This document shows positions 47,945 to 57,462 of a stretch of 64,000 nucleotides of DNA, piece by piece (position 1 is the first letter of the stretch; every line of letters begins with the position of its first letter). The position numbers and the translations under genes are program-made. This DNA comes from Antechinus flavipes. Lineage: Eukaryota. The notes under the pieces are model-generated. The model made no database searches. It worked only from the letters and a program-made list of their open reading frames with translations, and had not been told where the DNA came from. The DNA is taken from the NCBI RefSeq assembly GCF_016432865.1, contig NC_067398.1:343108001-343172000 (forward strand), written 5' to 3'.

Positions 47945-49861
47945 TGTCTGTGCGTGTGCACTTGGGGATGAATTCAGTGTGGGCCCTGGGGGCTGGTCTC
48001 CCTTCGTCTGCAGGACAACAGCTGTTCAGGTGTGAGCAGTGTGGGAAGGAGTTTCCTAAGGCCTATCTGTTGAAGAAGCACCAGGAGGTACATGTCAGAG
48101 AGCGGCGCTTCCGGTGTGGCGAGTGTGGGAAACTCTATAAGACCATCGCCCATGTGAAGGGGCACCGCCGTGTGCACTCTGATGAGCGTCCATATGCCTG
48201 TCCCAAGTGTGGGAAACGTTATAAGACCAAGGTGGGGTATTTCTCCCTTTCATTAGAAAGGAAATCCAGGTATGGGTGGGAAAGGGTCATGCCCACGGGA
48301 GCCAGGAATGGGAAACTGTTGCTGCTGACCCTCTCTGTGTCCTGCCTTGTCACTCGCCGGGGCTTTGGTGTTTGGCCTACCTAAACAGGCTACTCCTCTG
48401 TGCCTCCATTGGCCAAGCCACAGCTGACCTTCCTACAAGGAACCTGCCTGCCCCAGGCTCCCTTGGGTGAGCTTTTTTGACCTGGGGCCTCCACCAGCTG
48501 GTATAGGAGGTGCAAGAGAAGGTGGGGGGGATTGTACCGACTCCCCTAGGTAGAGTTCGTCATGGTGACCCCGCTTTGTCTCCCAGAATGCCCAGCAGGT
48601 GCACTTCCGGATACACCTGGAGGAAAAGCCACACGTGTGTCAGTTCTGCAGCCGGGGCTTTCGGGAGAAGGGCTCTCTAGTACGGCATGTGCGACATCAC
48701 ACTGGGGAGAAGCCTTTCAAGTGCTACAAGTGTGGCCGTGGCTTTGCCGAGCACGGTACTCTCAACCGGCATCTGCGGACCAAAGGTTAGCCTAGTGAAC
48801 CTGACAAACCCAGCACGGGGAGGTGACTCTCTTAGCTGAGTGGGCTGGCTTCCCGGGTGGGATGGAAACACGCAACTCAGATGCCAGCAGAGCCAAACCT
48901 TGATTTGGGGTGGTTGCATGTGCAGTGTCTCCCTGTGTTGTGGGAGTGGGGTGGGGGCTGGCTTTTCCGTTGGGCAGTCCCTGTTCTCACTGGCCATGGG
49001 TCTGTCCAGGAGGCTGCTTGCTGGAGGTGGAAGAAGTGGTGGTGTCCAGGGCCAGCCCGTCTGCTCCGACCTTGTCTGAGGATGCCCACACAGTGCTGGT
49101 GGAGTTCTCCTCAGTGGTGGCCGACACTCAGGAGTACATCATTGAGGTGCGGGGCAGCCTCACAGAGTCTTGGGGAGGGGGGGAGGTAATGGCCCAGCTG
49201 GGCCAGTTTTCTAGGCTGACAGGAGCCCCCTCCCTGTTGTTATTTTCCTTCCCAAGGCCACCACAGAAGACACTGAGACCAGCGAAGCCACGGAAATCAT
49301 TGAGGGCACCCAGGCCGAGGTGGGGTAGGGGTAGAAGGGGAGGTAGGAGCTGGGGCTTGGGGCCTGGGGTGAAGCCTGCTTGGGGGTGGGCTGGGGCCCC
49401 TTAGAGCCCAAGGACAGAGTACAGCAGTCAGGCTGTGTCCTGGTGTGGACCAAGGCCTCCCCCCCATCCTGAACCCTGTAGCTGAGCTGCCTCTCCCTCC
49501 CCAGGTGGACAGCCATATCATGAAGGTAGTGCAGCAGATTGTGCACCAGGCGGGCTCTGGTCACCAAATCATTGTCCAGAATGTCACGGTGGATGAAGAT
49601 GAGGGAATGGCTGCTGGTGCGGCAGCTGCATCTGATACCATCACCATCGCCACCCCCGAAAGCCTCACGGAGCAAGTGGCCATGACCCTGGCCTCAGCCA
49701 TAGGAGAGGGTGCTGTGTTGACTACCCGGGCAGGAATTGAGGCTGACCAGGCCACAGTCACTATGGTAGCTTCTGAGGACATAGAGATCCTGGAGCATGC
49801 TGGGGAATTTGTGATCTCCTCACAAGAGGGTGAATTGGAGGTACAGACAGTCATTGTGTAG
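30728..49861 (+). CDS. E4F1: E4F transcription factor 1 (C2H2 zinc finger), spliced gene span, 781 aa
   Basis: Exons 30728-30884, 37425-37570, 38002-38098, 44192-44400, 44684-44804, 45100-45252, 45742-45908, 46722-46937, 47522-47627, 48014-48231, 48587-48785, 49010-49146, 49257-49319, 49505-49861 sum to 2346 nt with consistent phases. MEGAMAVRVAAAH... to ...EVQTVIV* with multiple C2H2 fingers. Confidence 0.97.
31380..31550 (-). mobile_element. MIR-like SINE
   Basis: ttttagaaaggaggaaactccagccgaggtgcagtgacttgac...cacacagctggta. Confidence 0.55.
32680..33820 (+). mobile_element. Degraded L2 LINE
   Basis: Pyrimidine-rich L2-type ORF2/3' sequence; boundaries approximate. Confidence 0.5.
33825..34070 (+). 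mobile_element. MAR1-like CORE-SINE
   Basis: tRNA-like head gtggatagagtgctgggcctgg, CORE, and RTE-type tail. Confidence 0.7.
34957..35495 (+). mobile_element. 5'-truncated L1 with 13-bp TSD
   Basis: agaagtttgtcct at 34944-34956 and 35496-35508; ORF2 end LFVVARNWKLNG...EWLNKIWHMNVMEYY. Confidence 0.85.
35650..36200 (-). mobile_element. CR1/L3 fragment
   Basis: Reverse strand gives KINMNQYCNKAV...ILSNIKR...PLCSLL...VHF...HFGR, a degenerate CR1 ORF2 end. Confidence 0.55.
36360..36680 (+). mobile_element. CR1/L3 fragment
   Basis: gtgaaaaggatctgggg...ctatttaacatagagaagaaaag...gccttcaactatctgaaagg resembles the CR1 3' region. Confidence 0.5.
36690..37220 (+). mobile_element. L2 3' fragment
   Basis: Ends cttggcacataaaatagtaggtttttaataaatgttcattgg. 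Confidence 0.55.
37425..37570 (+). CDS. E4F1: E4F1 exon 2
   Basis: DEDDVHKCGRCQSEFTTLEDFVQHKIQKAC...ALLGQE; GAG|gtgagg. Confidence 0.96.
38002..38098 (+). CDS. E4F1: E4F1 exon 3 (NAGNAG acceptor; alternative start 37999)
   Basis: tacagcag|GTGGTC; VVPSGEESITVAHIVVE...PDII; G|gtaagt. Confidence 0.92.
39767..40398 (-). mobile_element. Young 5'-truncated L1 with 15-bp or longer TSD
   Basis: tcagcctcaatttct at 39752-39766 and 40399-40413; includes the ORF2 end LFVVARNWKMNGCPSIGEWLSKLWYMNVMEYY. Confidence 0.87.
40501..41055 (-). mobile_element. Composite of L1 3' ends
   Basis: Two T-tailed L1 3'UTR segments; junctions unresolved. Confidence 0.6.
44192..44400 (+). CDS. E4F1: E4F1 exon 4
   Basis: NGHIKEVIVAA...VKLLVNKEGRYVCELCHKTFKT; ACG|gtgagc. 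Confidence 0.95.
44684..44804 (+). CDS. E4F1: E4F1 exon 5
   Basis: ASILKAHMITHSSKKDYECKLCGTSFRTKGSLIRHHRRHT; G|gtaaga. Confidence 0.96.
45100..45252 (+). CDS. E4F1: E4F1 exon 6
   Basis: DERPYKCKNCGKSFRESGALTRHLKSLTPCTEKIRF...EDIPP; G|gtttgt. Confidence 0.96.
45742..45908 (+). CDS. E4F1: E4F1 exon 7
   Basis: ...ESIETTPPVIHLVTDDKGTVIHEVHVQMQELPVDMKTLAQE; GAA|gtaggt. Confidence 0.93.
46722..46937 (+). CDS. E4F1: E4F1 exon 8
   Basis: ctgtag|ACT; ...SSENLLRQAMQNSGLVIERVAVEEG...EEVQT; ACA|gtaggt; 72 codons, phase 0/0. Confidence 0.88.
47522..47627 (+). CDS. E4F1: E4F1 exon 9
   Basis: ctacag|GCG; ADPASQSGYTQYSCPQCVEVFRSAPALEVHAKVHL; G|gtaggt. Confidence 0.9.
47901..47942. repeat. (TG)21 microsatellite in E4F1 intron 9
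   Basis: Direct read. Confidence 0.97.
48014..48231 (+). CDS. E4F1: E4F1 exon 10
   Basis: LFRCEQCGKEFPKAYLLKKHQEVH...YACPKCGKRYKTK; AAG|gtgggg. Confidence 0.96.
48587..48785 (+). CDS. E4F1: E4F1 exon 11
   Basis: NAQQVHFRIHLEEKPHVCQFC...HGTLNRHLRTK; G|gttagc. Confidence 0.96.
49010..49146 (+). CDS. E4F1: E4F1 exon 12
   Basis: GCLLEVEEVVV...VLVEFSSVVADTQEYIIE; GAG|gtgcgg. Confidence 0.95.
49257..49319 (+). CDS. E4F1: E4F1 exon 13
   Basis: ATTEDTETSEATEIIEGTQAE; GAG|gtgggg. Confidence 0.94.
49505..49861 (+). CDS. E4F1: E4F1 exon 14 (terminal)
   Basis: VDSHIMKVVQQIVHQA...ELEVQTVIV*. Confidence 0.96.
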   Translation: MDSHIMKVVQQIVHQAGSGHQIIVQNVTVDEDEGMAAGAAAASDTITIATPESLTEQVAMTLASAIGEGAVLTTRAGIEADQATVTMVASEDIEILEHAGEFVISSQEGELEVQTVIV

Positions 49862-50282
49862 GGACTTCCCGGCCTGGAAGGATTGGGGTTGGGCCTGGCC
49901 CACCACCAGGAGCAGATATGTGTTCATCAGGGTCATCGTGTGGTCTGGAAGCCAAGGATGGAGCCAGCAAGGATCTGAGCGAGCCCAGAAATTTGTGACA
50001 ATGCCAAGGTCTTGGAAAGGCTGCCTTGAATTATGCAGATGATGAACAGAGGTGGTCTTTGGGGGGGCCAAGGTGTCTGGAGTGCTAGAAGAGGGGCTGA
50101 TGTTGGGATCTGGAGCTTCCCCGATGGGCACTTAAGGCCATTAGAGCCTATCAGCTGCCCCCTCGCACTGCCAGGACCCTTCCTGAGCAAGCCAGGGAGG
50201 CAAGAAAGCCATATTGTACATTTCAAACCACAGAGCAATTTAAGACAAAAACAGAATTCCAAATGACATATTTGGGACTGTG

Positions 50283-50314
50283 AATAAAACGATTTTTCTT
50301 TTGTTTACAATAAA
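50283..50314 (+). terminator. E4F1: E4F1 poly(A) signals (two AATAAA)
   Basis: AATAAA at 50283-50288 and 50309-50314, about 420 nt after the stop, in an AT-rich patch. Confidence 0.75.
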
Positions 50315-51625
50315 ATATTAAGCCTACAAGAGTGTGTCCTCTGAGATTTCAGCTTCCAGCTGCCTTGCCACAGGCCTCCCCATGCTCCCTGGCTCCCTAG
50401 AAGTGCTCAGAGAGCTGCTTTTTAGGGCAGTGAGCCCTCTGAGCATAGTGGCTCTGTGGCTGGAGGTGGGCAGTGGGCAGTGGGTTGGCATTTGTAGGTA
50501 TGGATGTGTGGCTGGCTGATTGGCAGTGTCTTTCCTATGGGGTAGAGAAGTGGGCAATGCTAGAGCCTGAGCCGGGGCCACACCCTTACCGGCCATTCTG
50601 TACTCTGCGGGCTCCATCCCTAGGCTTACATCACCAGCTTTCCTAACTCGGGTCCAGTGACTTATGTGTGTGCCCTGGGCCTTCTAGTACAGACTCCAAC
50701 CACCAAAGACTGGGACCTTCTAAGAGGGGGGAAAGAGGGAAATAGATCCATCCCATTCTAGTTAGAGAGGGACTTGGACCAAGATGTTTGGTGTTCCACC
50801 TCCTTCGGCCTAAAGTCTTGCTCATCCCGCTTTTACTCCTTCCATCTTTTCTAAGCGAATTCTGGCTTGAGCCAATTTCTCCCCACTCGCAGGCTTGCCC
50901 GTTTTTGGGGGTGGAAGGGGTAGGATCGGAGCCGGTGGATGCCCAGCACCTCCCTCTCCAGCTCCCGCGGCTTCGCGTCGGAGTCCGTCTCTGTCAGAGG
51001 GGGCGGGGCCGCTCCTGGTACCGGCTGAGAAGGACATCCCCAGGAGCAGATGCTCAAATACGGGGGCGCAGCACTGAAGTCTCCTAGTCCGAGTCTGGCC
51101 CGGACGGCTGCCGGCCCCGAAGTGATCCCAGAGACACCCCGGATCTCCGTCTGACCTACGTGCCTGAACTAGCAGGCACCCTAGCAACTTGGACTGGCTG
51201 AGGGTCTCGTGAAGCCCAGGGCGAACAGGAACCAGAACCAGGAGCTTCGGCGTTCCCTAGACGGATAGTCTGCACCTCCTATGCAGAGCGGCCCTTGTTC
51301 CCTATTCGCGTGAGTCCCATTCCCCCGCTCGCTGGATGTCCACGGGAACAGAGGTCAGGAGGGGGCGCGGAGAGAGCCACAGGCTCCTCCCGTCCGTCCC
51401 ACTCCCCACTCTGAGGCTGGGGAATGGGTGTGGGGAAAGGGGACCGGGACGGAGACATTACACACTTGAGTGGGGGTGCATGTAGATAAATGCGAGGACA
51501 AGCGGGTGTACACCCGCGGATGTGTAGGACTGCAAAGGATTGGGTGGGAAAATGTATCGGCCAGAGTGGGGAAGCGCGCTGACGCGCTCGCTCCCCGCAC
51601 CCCCAGCCGGCTTAGGGCGCGGACC

Positions 51626-51799
51626 ATGCGCTTGCTCCGGGCGCTGCCGGCCGCGCCGCTGCTCCTGCTCTGCCTCCTGACCCGGGCCCCGGCGGCCGCA
51701 GCCTCGCGCGCAGCCCCGTTTCGCGTGGGCGCCTTCAACATCCGCAGTTTCGGGGACAACAAAGTGGCGGATCCCGCCTGCAGCAGCTTCATCGCCCAG
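51626..51799 (+). CDS. DNASE1L2: DNASE1L2 coding exon 1
   Basis: ggaccATGC; MRLLRALPAAPLLLLCLL...FRVGAFNIRSFGDNK...FIAQ; CAG|gtgccg. Confidence 0.93.
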
Positions 51800-54700
51800 G
51801 TGCCGGAGGGGCGGAACGCAGGCGCAGGAGCGGACGGGTGGGGTAGGTGGGGAGGGGCTTAAAGGCCTGGGGTCCCTGACAGGGTGGCTGGGGGCCGAAA
51901 CCCCGGGTTGTCCCTCTCGGGTGACCCCTTTGCCTCCTCGAAGATCCTGGCGGAGTATGATGTGACCCTGGTTCAAGAGGTCAGAGATCCGGACCTCAGC
52001 GCCGTGTCCGCGCTCCTGGAGGAGATCAACAGGTGCTTTCTGGTGACACGGACACGTAGGGACACGCCCGAAGCGGGGAGGGAAGGGAAAGAAAAGGAGA
52101 GGGAGAGAGACAGAGACGGGGAAAAGGAGAGAAGAGTCCTAGCAAGTCCAATCCTCCACGGCCATGAGAGTGCCGGGGAACCCAGCATCGGAGCTTTGTC
52201 CCCCGCATCCGTCTCTCAAACGCCGCTGGGCCGTAGCGGGGGTGCGTCTCCCTAACCCCTCCCTCTGCGCTATTCCTGGGTGGGATGAGTCACTGGGTTC
52301 GGAATGGTGTTTGGTGCCACGGGGGCGGAGGTCGGGGCCGGGGCTTCGGGTCGAACAAGAAAAGGTTGTCGGACCGCCCAGGGGAAGGGGGACTCCGGGG
52401 GCGAGCGCCGGGGCAGTGCGTGATGATCCGGGGCTTGGGGGCTCCTGGGCACCCTCCCTGGGCTCCTACTGGGGCTCGGGCGGGGGGGGCAGCTTTGGAT
52501 GGGGAGGCTCCCGGAATCTGAGGCCTTGCCTCCCCCCGGGAGTGTGCGACTCCCTACCTCTCCTCTCTCCCCAGTATATCAGAGTACACTTACAGCTATG
52601 TGACCAGCGAGCCGCTGGGACGGGACAACTACAAAGAAATGTACCTGTTTGTGTACAGGTTAGAGGGCACGGAGGGATGGAACGGGGCAGGATTGGGCTC
52701 CATGGGACAGGGCCTCAGACCCAAGAGAAAGCCAAGGACGGGGCTGGGGCTGGGGATGCAACTGGCGGGCAACTTCAGAGCGGGGACTTGAGGACCAGAA
52801 GGCGGACTTCAGCCGGGATGTTCAGTCCGCCGTCAATGGTCATTTATTAAGGTACAGTGCTGGGCTACCAAGGAAGGCAAGACAGGATCTCTGTCTCTGT
52901 ATCTATAAAGTGTATATATATATGAGGTAACGCCTTAGTGTTAGAAGGCATTAGCATTTAGAGAGAGATTAGGAAAACTTTTTTTTAGAAGATGGAATCA
53001 GTAGAGATCTGAAGGAAGCCAGAGAAGGGGGAGATGAGGTCTGAGTATTCCAGGCATAAGTGTCAGCCAAGGAAAATGCCAGGAGTCTGGAAGCGGGATC
53101 TAGTTTTAGGAAGAGCCAGGAGGCTGTCATGGGACTTCAGGGCATGTGGTGGGTGTCAAGGGAAGCAAGGTGTAAAAAGCCTGGAGACAGGAGAGACTAC
53201 CCCATGACTGAGGTTCCCCTGCTCCACTTCCCCTAGGACAGAGAGACTCTCGGTGATGGATAGTTACTGCTACCCAGACCCCCAGGACGTTTTCAGCAGA
53301 GAGCCCTTCATTGTCAAGTTTTCATCTCCGAACACAGGTGGGGCAGGTTGACACCCTCTGACTACCTTCTTGCTCTGTTTCGACACTCTGAATTAACTCC
53401 TCCCTCTGCACTGCTCCTACAGCCGTGAAGGAATTTGTCCTAGTGCCCCTGCATTCAGCCCCACACAATGCTGTGGCAGAGATTGATGCCCTGTACGATG
53501 TCTACTTGCATGTGATTGACAAGTGGGGGACTGATGTAAGACTGATCTCACCTACCTCCCACTCACCCCCAACCTCCTTCCCCATTCTCACCTCCTTACC
53601 TAACTCTTCCCCCACTCCTGCCCCTGCATCTTCCTCCTAAGAGCCTGAGAAGAGGGTCAAGGAATCAGGGAGGAGGGGAGGAAGGAAGGAGTTGTGTACC
53701 AGTGCCAGGGCTATCCATACACCCTTTTTTATTACTGTTGATCACTCTTTGCAGGACATCCTTTTCCTAGGAGATTTCAATGCAGACTGTAACTACGTCA
53801 AACAGCACGACTGGGCCAACATCAGGCTTCGGACTAGTGAAATTTTTAAATGGCTTATACCAGATGGAGCTGACACTACCGTGGGGAATTCTGACTGTGC
53901 TTATGACAGGTGAGAGGGGCTGATGCACTGGAGGATGTGGGAGGAAGGGTCCCTCCTCGCCCAAGGGAGAGGAGGGCCAATAGTCACTGTCCCATCCGTG
54001 TACAGGATTGTGGTCTGTGGCTCTCGACTGAGAAAGTGCATCGCACCCAACTCGGCGACAGTCAACAACTTTCAGAAGTCCTTTGGCCTGGACCAGACTG
54101 CAGTAAGTGCTGGAAAGAAGCCTGTTTTTCTGTTACTACTCACTTTTAAAAGGAGGGGTCCATCCCTTGTCCCTGCGAGTGTTTTCACACAATCACCGAG
54201 GTAATTTTGTCAATTGTCTGAGGACTTGGCTATATCTAACCAAATTCCATTAGAATTTATGAAGCCTTAAGTGATCGACCAGACCATCCTCTTGCTTTCA
54301 TCTCAGCTTCATCTCTGGTCACAGTTTCTCTATTGCCTAACCCTGACTGAAAAACACTCAAGTGCAAGGCTTGATGGTAGTGTGGTGGGGGGGTACACAC
54401 ATGAATTTCCTCCTAACTCCAAACCCTCCTCTGCAGTTCTGCCCTTTTCCTGTGGCTAAGATTTCGTTGGAAACAGTGTTTAGAAAGTAAGTGCATTATA
54501 TTCAGGGCACGATCCAAGAAGCCTGCTGGGCCATTATATGCTGAAAAATTATTTTTCTTGGCCACAGACTAATCTGCTCCTGGCCAAAACTGAGACCTAT
54601 GTTATCTAAACCACTGTTTCAGTATTCATTTTGCAAATGCTTACCACAGGGAAGATTAGGCAACGGTATAGATGGATTAATGTAAGTAATTTTCATTAAT

Positions 54701-55075
54701 CAAGATTTGTTTAGAGTATTGAGGGAAAATCAAACCAACTGCTCTCTGAGGTGATGAATCTTCTCTTTCATAAGGAAAATTCTCTCTAGTATTAAAAAAA
54801 ACCTAATATTATTATTACCTCTTGGCTGGAGGGCTTGCAAAAAGACTAAAGGCTAAAAGCCACAGATTCAAGACAAGTCATTCAACTTTGTTTATTGGTT
54901 CCTGGATAACCATACAAGTGCCTGAGTGCATATCAGAATATGACTTCTAGTGCATATCTTTGTAAAGATAAAAAATAAAAAGGCTAGAACAATCTCACTC
55001 TCTCTTCTTCCTTTCTTCCAGGCTTTAGCCATTAGTGACCATTTCCCTGTAGAAGTGACACTGAAAACTCACTGA
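51626..55075 (+). CDS. DNASE1L2: Deoxyribonuclease 1-like 2, spliced gene span, 288 aa
   Basis: Exons 51626-51799, 51944-52032, 52575-52658, 53237-53337, 53423-53535, 53755-53909, 54006-54102, 55022-55075 sum to 867 nt. Signal peptide, AFNI, QEVRD, PLHSAP, GDFNADC, CAYDRIV and SDHFPVEV motifs are present. Position between E4F1 and ECI1 identifies the L2 paralog. Confidence 0.96.
51944..52032 (+). CDS. DNASE1L2: DNASE1L2 coding exon 2
   Basis: ILAEYDVTLVQEVRDPDLSAVSALLEEIN; AG|gtgctt. Confidence 0.95.
52575..52658 (+). CDS. DNASE1L2: DNASE1L2 coding exon 3
   Basis: ISEYTYSYVTSEPLGRDNYKEMYLFVY; AG|gttaga. Confidence 0.95.
53237..53337 (+). CDS. DNASE1L2: DNASE1L2 coding exon 4
   Basis: TERLSVMDSYCYPDPQDVFSREPFIVKFSSPNT; G|gtgggg. 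Confidence 0.95.
53423..53535 (+). CDS. DNASE1L2: DNASE1L2 coding exon 5
   Basis: AVKEFVLVPLHSAPHNAVAEIDALYDVYLHVIDKWGTD; GAT|gtaaga. Confidence 0.95.
53755..53909 (+). CDS. DNASE1L2: DNASE1L2 coding exon 6
   Basis: DILFLGDFNADCNYV...ADTTVGNSDCAYD; AG|gtgaga. Confidence 0.96.
54006..54102 (+). CDS. DNASE1L2: DNASE1L2 coding exon 7
   Basis: IVVCGSRLRKCIAPNSATVNNFQKSFGLDQTA; GCA|gtaagt. Confidence 0.95.
55022..55075 (+). CDS. DNASE1L2: DNASE1L2 coding exon 8 (terminal)
   Basis: ttccag|GCT; ALAISDHFPVEVTLKTH*. Confidence 0.95.
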   Translation, partial: ALAISDHFPVEVTLKTH

Positions 55076-57295
55076 CGCTCCTTAAAGTCTGTGTGGGATG
55101 CTCTTCTTCAGCCTCTTTTGTCACAACAAACAGCCCCACTGGACAACAATGTGGGAAAATATTCCTGGACTCCTGAGGAGGTAGAGTCAGTGCCAGAGAT
55201 ATTTTTCTTTTTCAAGACTGAAGGTTTTCAGGACCTAACACTTGAAATTGGTTTAATCCCTGGGTGCTGAGCTCCTGAAACAGTTCTAGTGGCCTTGAAG
55301 TACATATTCTCAACCTCCAACAACAGGAGCCTGCTCTTCCTGAAGCCCACCAAATGCTTTCTGCTGGAAACTTTCACTCAGGCTAATGAATTGGAATTCA
55401 GTCCAAGTCTCAAACACAAAATTTTTCAGGGGTTTTCTATGGATTTTGCTAAATCACAAGAACCATGGACAAAATAATTAAATGAGGATGAGAAAATCCA
55501 GATACAGTACAAAGTCAATGATTGATTCTTGGATGCATTAATGAATTTTATCTCCTAGTTTTATGTCCCTTAGGCTTATATTCTGCAATGGCTCCTCAGA
55601 GCCTATAGGGCTGGCAGGGGAGACTGCTGCTACCTGCATCTGTTTGCATTTCATTGGTCAGACCAGCAACTAATTCTTCTTCAGTTTACCTGTAGAATAT
55701 GAAGAATATGAAAAATTTGTCTTCAATGTTTAGTAAAAGCCCACTTTGGAGAAAATTTTCTGATCGTTTTGTCTATTTGAAAAACAGAAAGCTGTCACTT
55801 TTAACTGATGTTCTGTCCACAAAATGCTACTTACAGATACTATAAATTTGGCTTCCCACTGAGCCAGGGGAGGCCCAAGATGCTACATCGTCACCATTTG
55901 ATTACTCCTAGTTCAGTTTTTAAATAACAAATCTTGTATTTTATACTTTGTTATTTTTCACATCCATGATTTCACTTGTTATAAAAGTCATGTGAGTTAT
56001 GTAGGAGAGGGATCATTCTTTCTATCTGATAAAGAAACTGAGGTCCAGAAGTTAAGGGGCTCACTTCCAAATAATTCTCCCTTGCATTCTTCTAGTCCTT
56101 TTCCATTTGTGCTTTGATTTCATTAGATTTTTCTAAAAAAGACCTTTTCTGAAGATTTTCACAATTAAGTTGGTACTATGTCTTGAAGAGGCAATCGGAA
56201 AGACTGGGGTCCTCAAGTGATACATAGCCACTGTGTGGACTCAGGTAAGTCATTTCACCCATAACAGCCCCAAGAACTTTTTCTTGCATATCTGGGTGGA
56301 GGAAGTATTTATACCACAGGTTTGGCTCTTTCCTTTTAACCCCTCCAAAATTAACTTCCATTCAAAAACCTAATTATATTACTCAAAGAATAAGAATGAC
56401 AATCTCAATGTTTGGTGATTTAGACAAACTATCTAGTGTCGGGAAGGAATTTTCTGCACAATTAATGACATCAAAGTTTGGATTTGTTCCTGAAATGTCA
56501 ACCTTTGACACCCCCATGAGTAGGATTTGGAAAGGGCAATGAAGAATACATAAACGGCTCTTCCAGGAGAAGACAGGTTTTGGAAAGTAAAGCTCTTTGA
56601 GAATAAATTAACAGAAGCATTTCTAAATCATGCAAGAAATCGGTATTGTGAAGATACCATCATCTCCTCTTCTCTTCCCCATTCCTATTCTCTGCAACAC
56701 TCATTCCAATGATAAAGGAATAAACAAGAATCCTGAAAAGCTATTTATTTGAAAAGTTCCATTCTGAGTATATATAAGGGAAGTGGTAAGTGGTGAAGTG
56801 CTCTTTGCAGCTCACTAATTACTTGTAGAATGCCTCTCATCACTTGGGCAACCAGGTCACCAGCCCTGAGGCTGGAGAGCAAAAAAATCTTCGGACTTTT
56901 ATTCACAATTCTCTTTGAGCAAAGGTGGTTTTATTTCCAAGTTCAGTAAGGCTACTACTCATGATTCCCAGGTAAAATGCTACTCAAGAACTAAAGGCTT
57001 CCTTTCCACATTATCCACCAAGTCTCCTAAGCATCTTCTAGATTTATGTGGAGTGGGCTAGAGACAAAATACACCGATGGGAAGAAAGAAAAGATACCTT
57101 GGGGAAGTCAGAATAAGGGGACAAGATCTTCTGAAAAAATTAACAAACTAAGAACAAATAATTACATTTACTTTTATCTTGAAAAATATCTTCTTTTAGA
57201 AAACCTACAGCTATCCAAAGAAAGGCTTGTAAGGTCTGTACATGACTTTGTTTCGATGAACCCCACCCCACAACCTGGCTCAGGAGCCTCAACTT

Positions 57296-57462
57296 TTACC
57301 CTTTTCGTTCTTTAAGTGCTTTTAAATACATATGAAGAGATTTCTGGATGCCATCTCTGGAGATGAATCTGACAAAGTTGTTGATATCCGCTTCTCGCTG
57401 TTTCAGCAGCAGATCGGCAGTAGGTTTTCTCATCATGGTTTTGGTAAGCTGGCGAGCGTGGT
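57296..57462 (-). CDS. ECI1: ECI1 terminal exon
   Basis: ctttag|AC; HARQLTKTMMRK...YLKALKERKG*. Confidence 0.95.

Larger units (their letters stand above)
50870..52560. promoter_or_regulatory. CpG island over the DNASE1L2 5' end
   Basis: CpG-dense; GGGCGGGGCC box near 51001; candidate non-coding exon donor GTGAGT at 51310 and acceptor ccccag at 51606. Confidence 0.75.

Noticed and set aside
47740-48384. 214-aa ORF with VCVCVC run
   Set aside because: Intron plus (TG)n read in frame with E4F1 exon 10; not a separate gene.
51470-51625. In-frame GTG-initiated N-terminal extension of DNASE1L2
   Set aside because: Lies mostly in the predicted 5'UTR intron and would bury the signal peptide; the ATG at 51626 has good context.
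51355-51976. Antisense ORFs (145 and 172 aa) over the DNASE1L2 5' end, and similar ORFs over the PGP and E4F1 islands
   Set aside because: Stop-codon scarcity in CpG islands; low-complexity translations without motifs.
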